Of a stretch of 64,000 nucleotides of DNA, positions 38,747-48,867 are shown one piece after another (position 1 is the first letter of the stretch; each line of letters begins with the position of its first letter). This DNA comes from Nitrososphaerota archaeon. Its GTDB lineage: Archaea; Thermoproteota; Nitrososphaeria_A; Caldarchaeales; Calditenuaceae. Location of the stretch: positions 64,001-128,000 of the forward strand of contig JAWBQR010000003.1 of the NCBI GenBank assembly GCA_038845265.1, read 5' to 3'. The notes below the pieces were generated by a model. The model was not told the DNA's origin, searched no databases, and saw only the letters and a list, made by a program, of their open reading frames with translations. Both the position numbers and the translations under genes were made by a program.

Positions 38747-40198
38747 CTATATACTGATTGATGAGTTTATGATGATCAGTATTGGATTAACAAATATGGC
38801 GAGGGTAGATATTAGGACGACAAGGATCATCATTGATGCTAACATGCTTATAGGAGCCTCCGACAACTTCTTAGCCTCACCAAGTTGGAATGCATACATG
38901 AAAGCCCTTAAATAATAACCAGCCGTCAATGCAGTTGCAAGTATTGCTAAAAATGTGTAGAGTATTTGGTTAGCATCGATACCGCCCTTAAAAATCATCC
39001 ATTCGCTGAAGAATCCAGCCAAAGGTGGTGTGCCTGCTATTGACAATCCACCTACTAAGAATGCCATAGACGTAAGAGGCAGCGCGCTGAAAAGCCCGCC
39101 CAGCTTTCTTATGTCTCTTTCACCCGTCACATGCATAACTGAGCCGGCAGTCATGAAGAGGAGGGATTTTGCGAGCCCATGTGTAAATACATGCAATAAT
39201 GCTCCTGAATAACCAGTCGACATCAGCGAGGAGAGCCCAAACACAATGTATCCAACTTGGCTCACAGAGCTGTAAGCGAGAATTCTCTTTATGTCAGTCT
39301 GGACTAGTGCCATTAGGCCTCCCCAAAACATCGTGAGTACCGATACGAAAAATATTCCAGGAGTCATTATTGAAAAAACACCTGGCATAAAACTGATTAG
39401 AAGTCGTGCTAATGCGTATACCCCTGTCTTTATCATGACGCCGCTTAGAAGGACACTAATCGGCGTTGGCGCCTCAGCATGTGCATCCGGAAGCCAAGTA
39501 TGTAATGGGAAGAGGGCCATCTTTACAGCCGCCCCGATAAAAATGAGAATAGCAATGTAAAGAAGCTCCGGCCTGTATGTCTTCACGGCCATCGATAACA
39601 CATCATACTCGACACTTCCATAAATTGCGTTCAGCCACGCGATACCAGCTAAGAGAGACACTGCACCCACATGAGTCATGGCAAAGTATTTGAAGCCTAT
39701 TATCCTAGCATTCCCAGTTCCCCAATACGCAATGAGGAAATAACTAGGAATAAGCATCAACTCCCAAAATATATAGAAGAGAAAAAGATTGGTAGATAGG
39801 ACAACCCCAATCATGCCTGAGACGAATAACATTAGTAATGCATAATATGCTTCGATGTTATGTTCATGCTCCATGTATCTCCAAGAGTAAATACTCGCAA
39901 GAAAGCCAATGAGGGTGATGAGAAGAAGGAAGGGATAAGAGAGCTGGTCTAGCCTCAGTGTAAATGTAAGCCCTAACTGTGGAATCCAGTCAAGAGATTC
40001 CCTAATCTCTCCTCCATTATAAATAGTTTGAAAATTAATCAGCGTCAAGATAAACGGAATTGCAAGGACAGTATGAGAAAATACTCCAGCAGTCTTCTTC
40101 TCAGTTAACTTACCGAATAAGTAAGCAAAAGGCGAGAGCCCAAGCGGTATGAAAAGGGACACCAGCAATGGAGGGGTGCCGGCCGGGACACTCATCAT
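38747..40198 (-). CDS. Proton-conducting antiporter-like subunit (NuoM/MrpD/HyfB family)
   Basis: FYIFWELM, AVKMALFPLHTWLPDAHAEAPTP, DIKRILAYSS, HGLAKSLLF. Confidence 0.9.
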   Translation of the reverse strand: MMSVPAGTPPLLVSLFIPLGLSPFAYLFGKLTEKKTAGVFSHTVLAIPFILTLINFQTIYNGGEIRESLDWIPQLGLTFTLRLDQLSYPFLLLITLIGFLASIYSWRYMEHEHNIEAYYALLMLFVSGMIGVVLSTNLFLFYIFWELMLIPSYFLIAYWGTGNARIIGFKYFAMTHVGAVSLLAGIAWLNAIYGSVEYDVLSMAVKTYRPELLYIAILIFIGAAVKMALFPLHTWLPDAHAEAPTPISVLLSGVMIKTGVYALARLLISFMPGVFSIMTPGIFFVSVLTMFWGGLMALVQTDIKRILAYSSVSQVGYIVFGLSSLMSTGYSGALLHVFTHGLAKSLLFMTAGSVMHVTGERDIRKLGGLFSALPLTSMAFLVGGLSIAGTPPLAGFFSEWMIFKGGIDANQILYTFLAILATALTAGYYLRAFMYAFQLGEAKKLSEAPISMLASMMILVVLISTLAIFVNPILIIINSSISI

Positions 40199-40264
40199 TA
40201 TTCATACGCTCTCCAGTAGGAGGATTATAAATAGATAAGTCGGGCAGTAGCAATAGTAGAGTTA

Positions 40265-40831
40265 TCATAGCTGCGATAGGAGGACTTTATAGGCCTCTGC
40301 TAAACTCCTTATTCTTCTTATAAACTTGTTGGGCTCCACGTGCCTATTCCACGGCTGGTCTCTCAGGAGAAAGATTCTCCCGATGGATGATACCTCCAAC
40401 GCCTGTATTGGTGAATCATCTATATAGACGTCGTACAAGTAGCTGCTTTTTTTCTCTACTCCAATTAGAAGTCTCCTATACTTAATTCCATGCTTGTTTA
40501 GCCACTTGACTATGTATGGCCTATTTCTGTTAGGTCTCCCTGTGACTATATCTACGACGCCAATTTCATTAAGCTTATCTACGGCCTGAGCCACGTCTTG
40601 TTCTAATGGCTGAAGTTTCTCCCAATTGCTCCAAACCTCATCAAATATCTCGGAAAATCTTTTCTCGTCTAGGCCGAGACGGCGCCAGAAATCCCACTCT
40701 GATATGTCTTCATAATTCAATTTAGGGTAGTTAGAGGCGTTCCATATCTGTATCCAAAGGCCCATAGAGTCTGATAAAACACCATCAAGGTCTATCGATA
40801 TCCGCATTCCCAACCTAAACAATTGCGTCAT
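40265..40831 (-). CDS. HAD-family 5'(3')-deoxyribonucleotidase (NT5C-like)
   Basis: IDLDGVLSD, IVTGR, YIDDSP, PWN. Confidence 0.85.
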   Translation of the reverse strand: MTQLFRLGMRISIDLDGVLSDSMGLWIQIWNASNYPKLNYEDISEWDFWRRLGLDEKRFSEIFDEVWSNWEKLQPLEQDVAQAVDKLNEIGVVDIVTGRPNRNRPYIVKWLNKHGIKYRRLLIGVEKKSSYLYDVYIDDSPIQALEVSSIGRIFLLRDQPWNRHVEPNKFIRRIRSLAEAYKVLLSQL

Positions 40832-40878
40832 GGATATCTATAAAGCATACGTATGAGTGGTTAAAATTTAGTAGGATC

Positions 40879-42477
40879 TTGCAGGAGAAGCCCATAATTG
40901 GTCGGGGTACCTGGATAGACAAGGTAGCAGCAAGAGTAATTGAAAGAGAGAAAGCACTCAATAGAAGCCTAGACCTCATTAGGACAGAAAGTGGTCTCGG
41001 AGCAAGCGGGATACCCCACATAGGAAGCATGGCTGATGCTGTAAGGGCACACGCAATAACCTTAGCACTCAGAGACATGGGATACGACTCCGAACTAATG
41101 GCATTCAGCGATGATATGGATGGGCTGAGGAAAGTACCAGCAGGAATGCCGGACTGGCTAAATGAATATCTACTAAAGCCAGTTAGCAGCATTCCGGATC
41201 CCTTCGGAAACTATGACTCATATGCTGACAGAATGAGCAGCATGCTAAGAGAAGCGCTAGACATCGCTGGTATAGAATATACACACAAGTCGGGAAGAGA
41301 ACTCTACTCATCCGGAGAACTAGCAAGCATAATCCATGAAATTCTGAAAAATGCATCAATAATAGGCGACAAGATTAAAGAGATAACTGGACAGGAGAAA
41401 TTTCTAAGAATACTTCCATACTTCCCCATCTGTAAGAACTGTGGAAGAATATACACATCGGAGGCATATGGGTACGATGAGTCAAGACGCAAAGTAACTT
41501 ATCGATGCGTCGGCATCGAGATGAGGGGAAAGTTCTTTGATGGCTGTGGATACGAAGGTGAAGCAGATATTACGAGGGCTGACGGAAAGCTTCCATGGAA
41601 AGTCGAGTTTGCTGCCCGTTGGAAACTGCTTGATATTAGATTTGAGGCGTATGGAAAGGATATAGCCGACTCGGTCAAGATAAATGATTGGGTATCAAAA
41701 CACATACTTAACTTTGACCCACCCATGCATGTCAAGTATGAAATGTTTCTAGACTCTCTTGGCAGAAAGATCTCTAAATCGACTGGAAATGTCTTTACGC
41801 CACAGATGTGGTTTAAGTACGCGACACCTCAGAGCCTAATATTGTTGATACTTAAGCGTTCAGTAGGTACTAGGCATATTTCTCCATTGACCATTCCTAG
41901 ATTGATGGATGAATTGGACTATCTTGAAGATGTTTATTTCAACAAAGTTAAGGTAAATGATAAGAAAGAAGAGGCCAAGCTTAAAGGGCTCTACGAATAT
42001 TGCCATAACTTGAAGCCGCCAAAGAATCCAAGCATTCATATCCCATACCGATTGTTGATCGAGCTCGCACACTACTCTCCGGTTGGCTCTAAATTAGAAT
42101 ACATATTATCAAAACTCCAAAAATATGGATATAAGATTGATGAAGATGTCAGAAAAAGAGTGATGTTTGCAATAAACTTCGTAGACGATTTTGGAGCTAA
42201 AGAACGACGAAAAACAAAAATCGAGCTCTCGGAGAACGAGCGAAGAGTCATAAATGATGTCTTGGCAGCGCTAAAGGCCTCTAAGACTCCGGACGAGGTA
42301 CAGGCCAGCATATTTGACTCGTGTAGAAGAAATGATATCAATCCGCCTGAAATTTTTAGAAAAATGTATATGATTTTATTTAACAGGCAGAGCGGACCGA
42401 GGCTGGGGACATATTTATTTGATGTTGGATATGAGAGGATAAAAGAGATTTTGAGCCCCTACTTGGAAAATAAATGA
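40879..42477 (+). CDS. lysS: Lysyl-tRNA synthetase, class I
   Basis: GASGIPHIGS, FSDDMDGLRKVP, KLPWKVEFAARW, FEAYGKD, KISKSTGN, SGPRLG. Confidence 0.96.
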   Translation: MQEKPIIGRGTWIDKVAARVIEREKALNRSLDLIRTESGLGASGIPHIGSMADAVRAHAITLALRDMGYDSELMAFSDDMDGLRKVPAGMPDWLNEYLLKPVSSIPDPFGNYDSYADRMSSMLREALDIAGIEYTHKSGRELYSSGELASIIHEILKNASIIGDKIKEITGQEKFLRILPYFPICKNCGRIYTSEAYGYDESRRKVTYRCVGIEMRGKFFDGCGYEGEADITRADGKLPWKVEFAARWKLLDIRFEAYGKDIADSVKINDWVSKHILNFDPPMHVKYEMFLDSLGRKISKSTGNVFTPQMWFKYATPQSLILLILKRSVGTRHISPLTIPRLMDELDYLEDVYFNKVKVNDKKEEAKLKGLYEYCHNLKPPKNPSIHIPYRLLIELAHYSPVGSKLEYILSKLQKYGYKIDEDVRKRVMFAINFVDDFGAKERRKTKIELSENERRVINDVLAALKASKTPDEVQASIFDSCRRNDINPPEIFRKMYMILFNRQSGPRLGTYLFDVGYERIKEILSPYLENK

Positions 42478-42551
42478 AAATAATATCTTTGAAATAGCTT
42501 TATTAGCTGCCATACGCTATTAATGTTACACATAAAGCGGTTGAAACGTGT

Positions 42552-42998
42552 TTGGAAAGATTAGATAAAATAGGAAACCTAACTCCTCACTCGAGGGGCA
42601 TAAACCTAGTTGCAAAGGTTATATCCAAATCGGAGCCAAGATCTGTTGGAAGCCAATACGACCAAACGCAGCATCAATTATCAGACCTACTGATAGCAGA
42701 TGATACAGGAGCGATATCTTTAGTGTTATGGGACGAAAACATACCTAAGGTGAATGCCGGAGACACCGTAAAGGTCTCAAATGCCTTTGTAAAGATATTC
42801 AGAGGAAAGATGCAGCTTAATCTGGGAAGGTATGGGAAGATAGAAATTTCAGATGAGCCTATAGGCGAAGTAAATACTGAGAACAACCTTTCTGAAAAAG
42901 AGAGCTTCCAGCAAGGCGGATTCAGAAGATTCAGTGGCCCAAGAAGAGGCGGAGAAAGAAGAGGCAGGCCTCAATTTAGATCAAGACAAGAAGAATAA
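42552..42998 (+). CDS. ssb: Crenarchaeal-type single-stranded DNA-binding protein
   Basis: Single OB fold (ADDTGAISLVLWD, LNLGRYG) with Gly/Arg-rich tail ending in acidic residues. Confidence 0.88.
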   Translation: MERLDKIGNLTPHSRGINLVAKVISKSEPRSVGSQYDQTQHQLSDLLIADDTGAISLVLWDENIPKVNAGDTVKVSNAFVKIFRGKMQLNLGRYGKIEISDEPIGEVNTENNLSEKESFQQGGFRRFSGPRRGGERRGRPQFRSRQEE

Positions 42999-43009
42999 GA
43001 ATACTGATA

Positions 43010-44317
43010 CTAAGGCTGCTCCCGATAAGGCTCCACTATTAAGTAGTTATTTTTTTGTCCAATAACTCTTACTCGTTGGTTTTGCTTTATTTCTTCTCGC
43101 GCTATTACTCGTCGGTATTCCCCTGCTATTATAACGTATCCCTCGGCACCTGCTGGAATATCCTCGACTGCCCTCCCTATCTCAGACTGGGGAACTAAAC
43201 TGTATGTTTTTCTCCTAATTGTCCTCAGGCCCTTCAATAATATGAAGGAAAAAATCGCGCCACTACCGATTGCCACTATTATGATTATGCTCATTACTTG
43301 GTTTAGCCACTCTTGTGCAACGTATATGGTGCCTGGAGGAGCTCGGACAATGAGTATTAGGCCTAATCCGATAAGGACTACTCCACTTATCATGGCAAGA
43401 GCTATACCCCCTGAATAAAATTCATACAAAACTAGTATGGAGCCAAGTATAATTAAGGCTAGCCCAGCCCAATTCAAATTAAATCCCTGCCCAATTAAGC
43501 CCAGAATAATCATGATTCCACCTACAAGCTCAGCACCAAAGCCAGGAGTGGACAGCCCAACTATTAAAACAAGGACACCAAGCGATAATAGGAGCCCAGA
43601 TACTAGGGGATCGCTCAGGAAGCTTAGCAAATGATATCTAATCCCGGGATCAGCCCGTATTATCTCTACATTAGAGAGGTCTAATGTCCTCTCTCCTCTA
43701 ATCGTCTTTACTGTCCTGCCATTAGCCTTCTGTAACAGTTCTGTAATATCTTTTGCTATTATCTCTATTATGCCTCTCTTAAATGCATCTTCTGGACCAA
43801 GATTATCATTATGCGTCACGAACCTAGCAGCCTGTGTTTCATTTCTGCCGTGCATTCTAGCTAGCGTATGCATCTTCTCAACTAGGAAATTTATCAACTT
43901 GGTATCATTGCTAGGAACTCCATTGACTACTGGTTGTGCCGACCCTATTATTGTGTAGGGAGCCATCGCAGCAAGACTAGAAGCCATGAGGATATAGGTA
44001 CCTGCAGATAACGCCTGTCCACCTTCTGGATAAACATACACTATTACCGGCGCATCGCTATATGTTATAGAGTCAATTATTTGGAACATCGAGTCACCTA
44101 AGCCGCCAAAAGTATCTATAGTCATAATGACAGCCTCAAAATTTCTTGTATCTTCTAAGTATTCTCTGACATATTCGGCTACGGAGGGACCTATATTTCC
44201 CTTAATCTCTATTAAGAGGACTCTTTTTGATTCACCAGAAGCTACGAATGTCCCTAAATTAAGAATTAATAATAGCGAAAATACTATACCAATCACTACT
44301 AGAACTTTATTCCTCAA
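43010..44317 (-). CDS. nfeD: NfeD (STOPP) membrane serine protease (start probably TTG 44317)
   Basis: IDTFGG, ALSAGTYI (catalytic Ser), IGSAQPV, HGRN, TM block, C-terminal OB domain; coupled to stomatin. Confidence 0.9.
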   Translation of the reverse strand: MRNKVLVVIGIVFSLLLILNLGTFVASGESKRVLLIEIKGNIGPSVAEYVREYLEDTRNFEAVIMTIDTFGGLGDSMFQIIDSITYSDAPVIVYVYPEGGQALSAGTYILMASSLAAMAPYTIIGSAQPVVNGVPSNDTKLINFLVEKMHTLARMHGRNETQAARFVTHNDNLGPEDAFKRGIIEIIAKDITELLQKANGRTVKTIRGERTLDLSNVEIIRADPGIRYHLLSFLSDPLVSGLLLSLGVLVLIVGLSTPGFGAELVGGIMIILGLIGQGFNLNWAGLALIILGSILVLYEFYSGGIALAMISGVVLIGLGLILIVRAPPGTIYVAQEWLNQVMSIIIIVAIGSGAIFSFILLKGLRTIRRKTYSLVPQSEIGRAVEDIPAGAEGYVIIAGEYRRVIAREEIKQNQRVRVIGQKNNYLIVEPYREQP

Positions 44318-45107
44318 CTTTTTTCTTCTTTGTTGCACCAATGGTTGTGCCGAGAACCGTGGCTAACGAGCCTCCCTCAGTCACTATGATGAGGTTTCTT
44401 TCTCTCGCTATTTCCGTCCAAGTTTGCAGCTCTCTAAGACGCATTGCCTGCGGCATAGACGCATAAGCTGCAGCCGCTTCAGCCATCTTCTGTGCTGCCT
44501 GTAACTCACCCTCAGCCATTATTATTCTACTCCTCCTCTCCCTTTCAGCTTCAGCCTGCTTTGCTATCGCTCTCTGCATACTTTCAGGAATAACTACATC
44601 TTTTATTGCAACTGCCGTAACTTTTATGCCCCACGGGTCCGTCGCTTCGTCGAGTATAGATTGTAAACGTTTATTTAGTTCATCTCTCTTTGCAAGTAAA
44701 TCATCAAACTCCACCTGCCCTATTACGTCCCTTAGTGTTGTTTGAGCTAGTAGACTGGCTGCGGTTAAATAGTCTCTAACGCGCATTACGGCGGCTAGCG
44801 GGTCCTGAACCCTCATATACACCACGGCATCAACATCAACAGTCACGTTATCTTTCGTAATTATCCTCTGTTTAGGTACATCGAAAGTCAATATCCTCAT
44901 GTCTATTACTCTTGGGGAATCAATTATCGGAACGATGAATACTAGCCCAGGACCCTTCGCACCTAATAATCTGCCAAGTCTAAAAACTACTATTCTTTCA
45001 TATTCCTTCACTATACGAATAGCAGACCCCAGAATAATGAGCAGGATAATTACTAGGAAAAATAATCCGATAATCTCGCCTATGCCTACCTGAAGAGTTA
45101 AAACCAT
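44307..45107 (-). CDS. Stomatin/SPFH (slipin) protein
   Basis: EYERIVVFRLGR, ITKDNVTV.VDAVVY, AQTTLR, TDPWGIKV, AKQAEAERERR. Confidence 0.95.
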   Translation of the reverse strand: MVLTLQVGIGEIIGLFFLVIILLIILGSAIRIVKEYERIVVFRLGRLLGAKGPGLVFIVPIIDSPRVIDMRILTFDVPKQRIITKDNVTVDVDAVVYMRVQDPLAAVMRVRDYLTAASLLAQTTLRDVIGQVEFDDLLAKRDELNKRLQSILDEATDPWGIKVTAVAIKDVVIPESMQRAIAKQAEAERERRSRIIMAEGELQAAQKMAEAAAAYASMPQAMRLRELQTWTEIARERNLIIVTEGGSLATVLGTTIGATKKKKVEE

Positions 45108-45328
45108 ATTTACCCCACTTTTAGTTAAAGATACTGTATGGGCCCTATTATATTTTTGCTTATTGCTGTAACCAGAATTAATAATTAGGCAGAAACGTAT
45201 CGATAATGCTCAAACAATTGATGTAATACATAGACATCATTTGGATAACCCCAAGGCAATATCTCAGGATAGAAGGCTGAGATAGAATTTTCTCTAACCA
45301 TTTATTCAGTTACAATCGGTGTCTGACC

Positions 45329-46189
45329 CTGAATAATGGAGAACAACAAACAGAGACATTTATTCCCTACACATACATAGGTGAATTACTCAAAGAAATT
45401 GAAAAAATTGGAATAACGCCTCAAGAGACTGTAGAAATACTGAGAACATTAGAAAAACATGGAATATTCAATGATAGAGAGCATAGCCCATGTAAGGCAA
45501 TTGAAGATATACTAGTAAAGAGCAGAACAAGTGAGGAAAATATTTCAAGTATAGAGAAGATTCGTGAATTAGCTACGCTCGGCGAGGTTTTCATAAAAGC
45601 AATTTCTTCGCCCTCCCTGTGTAGCTCGGCTGATTTAGAATTGTTGGTCGAGACCATAAAAAATGTCTCCCGGTTAAGAAAAGAAGATTTTGACCATAAA
45701 AGCGGTGATAGCGCTGCTTTGAAAGTAAAGGAATTGCTAATACGAATAATGATGCCAAGCATCAAAGATCTTGTGATTCCCAAATGGTTATTTGACTCTC
45801 TAGAAAAAAGGCTGGTAGATATGCGTGAAAGATTAAGACATAAAGAGCTAGAACTTGAAAGAATTAAGAGAATGCTTAAGGACCGCGGACTGAGCCCAAA
45901 TACATTGAGACTATATATAGTTACGGGTCTACTTGAAGAGACACCGACTATACAGTCAGGGGAGACTGCTAAATTGATATGTCCCTGGTGCAACGAGATT
46001 AATCTGGTCTCTCTACCCTTAATAGAGATAATCGAGGAAGCACAAAAAAAGCACTGGATCTTCAGAGCTCATTGTCAATATTGCTCAAAAATAATTGACG
46101 TAGAGCCACATAGGCTTCTCTCAATGTTGGAGCTGAAGAGAAGGGATTTGAATATAGCTAACAAGATTATTAGTAACCCATCAACCTAA
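45329..46189 (+). CDS. Hypothetical protein with coiled coil and C-terminal CxxC...CxxC zinc ribbon; probable CTG start upstream of the track's 45641 start
   Basis: Frame is open from 45281; GGTG at 45318-45321 precedes CTG 45329; CPWC and CQYC motifs. Confidence 0.55.
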   Translation: MNNGEQQTETFIPYTYIGELLKEIEKIGITPQETVEILRTLEKHGIFNDREHSPCKAIEDILVKSRTSEENISSIEKIRELATLGEVFIKAISSPSLCSSADLELLVETIKNVSRLRKEDFDHKSGDSAALKVKELLIRIMMPSIKDLVIPKWLFDSLEKRLVDMRERLRHKELELERIKRMLKDRGLSPNTLRLYIVTGLLEETPTIQSGETAKLICPWCNEINLVSLPLIEIIEEAQKKHWIFRAHCQYCSKIIDVEPHRLLSMLELKRRDLNIANKIISNPST

Positions 46190-46233
46190 GTAGTCTATTT
46201 ATTAAGCCCATAATAAAATTTACGCGAACCAAG

Positions 46234-46995
46234 ATGAGGAAAAATCCATTAAAATCTAGGCTTCGAAATGGTGAGAACGTAATCGGCACCTTCCTCTGCA
46301 TAAATAGCCCTGCAGTCGTTGAGATCTTTGGGTATGCTGGATTTGACTTCGTCATAATAGACATGGAGCATGGCCCATTTAACTTTGAAACCGTTGAAAA
46401 TATGATAAGAGCAGCGGAAGCATCAGGAATCACACCTATAGTTAGGACGCCATCAAGCGAGGAGACCTATATCCTCAGGGCTCTAGAATGTGGAGCTGCT
46501 GGTGTTCAGGTACCGCATGTAGATGAAGTTGAGACTGCAAAGCAAGTAATTGAGGCAGCAATGTACTATCCACGGGGATTGAGAGGAGTCTCACCATATA
46601 CTAAAGCTGCCCAATACTCAGCCATCGATCCTAAGACACATATGGATACTTCTAATATGGAAGTTATGACGATTATACATATAGAGAGTCAAAAAGGCAT
46701 TAATAATTTGCCGGCAATGCTTGACTCCGCACCGGTAGATGTAGTCTTTTTAGGACCATACGACCTCTCACAATCACTCGGAATACCAGGAATGGTAGAT
46801 GATCCTAGGGTAATAGAGAGCATAACAAAAGGACTCAAAATCTGCAGAGAAAAAGGCGTAGCCGTAGGTACATTCGTGGAGAGCCCGGAAAGAGCTAGGA
46901 GATGGATGAATTCAGGAATACAATACATAGCCTACTCGGTCGACATTGGAATATTTATGAGAACAGCAAAGCAGATAATTCAAAACTTTAAATAA
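46234..46995 (+). CDS. HpcH/HpaI-family class II pyruvate aldolase
   Basis: GFDFVIIDMEHG, VRTP, YPRGLRG, HIES, FLGPYDLSQSLG. Confidence 0.92.
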   Translation: MRKNPLKSRLRNGENVIGTFLCINSPAVVEIFGYAGFDFVIIDMEHGPFNFETVENMIRAAEASGITPIVRTPSSEETYILRALECGAAGVQVPHVDEVETAKQVIEAAMYYPRGLRGVSPYTKAAQYSAIDPKTHMDTSNMEVMTIIHIESQKGINNLPAMLDSAPVDVVFLGPYDLSQSLGIPGMVDDPRVIESITKGLKICREKGVAVGTFVESPERARRWMNSGIQYIAYSVDIGIFMRTAKQIIQNFK

Positions 46996-47130
46996 AAATT
47001 ATTTATTTTGAAAACCACTAAAATTAACAGCACGGCAACTTCTTTATTACTCATGAGGTCTGAGTAAAAATTGAGCAATATACTGTAAGAAAAATTTATC
47101 TTTAGGAGAACTATGTAACTAGATAACTCT

Positions 47131-48024
47131 ATGAAGAGAATACCAAAAGAAATGGGTATTTTCAAGTTTAGTAGAAATAATAAACCCGTTGAATATGTTG
47201 ATCTAGGAGAAATAGTTGTCTTAGAGCTAGAGGACGCAGTAGGTGGACAGGTGCAAAGCGAAGATACTCCCCTAGAAAAACTTGATTGGAATAGAGTTAA
47301 CAAAGCCACTGGACCCATCTATATTAACGGAGTAAATAAAGGAGACACACTAGTTGTCGACATACTCAAAATAGAGGTCGCCTCAAAAGGAGTAATTCTA
47401 GTTGTTCCCGGTGCAGGCGCATTAGCAAAAAAGAACTTTAAGCCAAGAGCTAAAATAGTCAAGATAGAAAATGGCTTCGCTTATTTCGACAAGTTTAAAC
47501 TTCCAGTGAGACCCATGATAGGCACCATTGGTGTCGCTCCTGATGAAGAAGAATATCCCACAGGCACTCCATATAAGCATGGTGGAAATCTTGACTGCAA
47601 AGAAATTCGCAGTGGAGCGAAGTTGTACTTGCCTGTTTATGTAGACGGCGCATTATTTGCGGCTGGCGATCTGCACGCATTCCAAGAAGACGGTGAATTA
47701 TGTGTATCATCTATCGAGGTAGAAGGAAAAGTATTACTGAGATTTAATGTCATAAAAAATATGAGACCAGAGTGGCCAATAGTCGAGACACAAGATAACT
47801 ACTCTATCCTTGTAGCAGATGATGATTTAGATAAAGCAGTAGAAATAGCGACTGAAAAAGCTGTTAATGCATTAATGAAAGCTAATAACTGGAGCTTCGA
47901 GGAATCATACATGTTCAGCAGCCTAGGAGTAAAAATAGCAGTAAACCAAGTCGTAGATCCTAAAAAAGGAGTTAGGGCAATGATTCCGAAAGAATTTATA
48001 TCTATTCAACACCTACTTTCATGA
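47131..48024 (+). CDS. Acetamidase/formamidase family protein
   Basis: ATGPIYING, PMIGTIGVAP, HGGNLD, GDLHAFQEDGE. Confidence 0.9.
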   Translation: MKRIPKEMGIFKFSRNNKPVEYVDLGEIVVLELEDAVGGQVQSEDTPLEKLDWNRVNKATGPIYINGVNKGDTLVVDILKIEVASKGVILVVPGAGALAKKNFKPRAKIVKIENGFAYFDKFKLPVRPMIGTIGVAPDEEEYPTGTPYKHGGNLDCKEIRSGAKLYLPVYVDGALFAAGDLHAFQEDGELCVSSIEVEGKVLLRFNVIKNMRPEWPIVETQDNYSILVADDDLDKAVEIATEKAVNALMKANNWSFEESYMFSSLGVKIAVNQVVDPKKGVRAMIPKEFISIQHLLS

Positions 48025-48050
48025 TTACCAAATAGGGTGGCAAAATAAGA

Positions 48051-48863
48051 TTGAGGGTAGAACTAACGGATGAAGAGATAATCTCCGAAGCCACGGGGAT
48101 CGTAAAGAAGGCAGAAGAAAAGGGAATAATATTAAGAATACTGGGTGCATTAGCCATTAGGATGCACTCTGAGAAACTAAAAGAGCTACATAAGAGACTT
48201 AGCAGGCTCGGAGAAAATACAGATAGATCCTTTACCGATATAGATTTAGTTGGATATTCGTCTCAAAGAGCTGAAATTAGAAATCTAATGGAAAAAGAAC
48301 TTTCATTTAGCATCTCTAAGCAGTTTCTATTTCTATATGGTAAAGAAAGACTCATCTACTATCATCCATCAAACCTATATCACGTTGACATATTTTTTGA
48401 TAAACTCAATTTTAGCCATACGATTCCCTTCGGTAAAAAAGGCAGCGGACGATTAGAGCTTGACAACCCAACAATAACGCCTACAGATTTACTTTTAGAA
48501 AAATTACAAATTCATCAAATAAATGAAAAAGATATCAAAGACTTAATCATACTTATAAGAGGACACGAATTAGGAGATGATGATAATAATAAAATAAATC
48601 TACAATATATTTCAAAACTTTTAGGAGATGATTGGGGATTTTGGATGGATGCTACTGAGAATCTTAAAAAGACTATGAATTATGCTGAAAAATATTTTGA
48701 AGAATCTCTAATCACTGAAGGAGACTTAAGAGATGTTTTAGAAAAATGTTCAAAGATTCTTGATCTTCTGGAAAACTGTCCAAAAACAAAAAATTGGGAA
48801 AAAAGGGCGAAGAAGGGAATAAAAGAAAAGTATTGGCAAGATGTTGAAGAACTTTATAGATAA
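48051..48863 (+). CDS. Uncharacterised pol-beta-superfamily nucleotidyltransferase-like protein
   Basis: LRILGALA, TDIDLVG, HVDIFFD acidic triad; LLLEKLQI..INEKDIKD helical C-terminal part. Confidence 0.65.
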   Translation: MRVELTDEEIISEATGIVKKAEEKGIILRILGALAIRMHSEKLKELHKRLSRLGENTDRSFTDIDLVGYSSQRAEIRNLMEKELSFSISKQFLFLYGKERLIYYHPSNLYHVDIFFDKLNFSHTIPFGKKGSGRLELDNPTITPTDLLLEKLQIHQINEKDIKDLIILIRGHELGDDDNNKINLQYISKLLGDDWGFWMDATENLKKTMNYAEKYFEESLITEGDLRDVLEKCSKILDLLENCPKTKNWEKRAKKGIKEKYWQDVEELYR

Positions 48864-48867
48864 CTTA

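Noticed and set aside
45255-45300. GCTGAGA within a hairpin, suggestive of a TPP riboswitch
   Set aside because: The downstream conserved TPP elements (CCTGA...TAAT...GCGxAGG) are absent and no thiamine gene follows
45421-45993. 190-aa minus-strand ORF
   Set aside because: Ser/Leu-rich antisense of the + strand hypothetical gene
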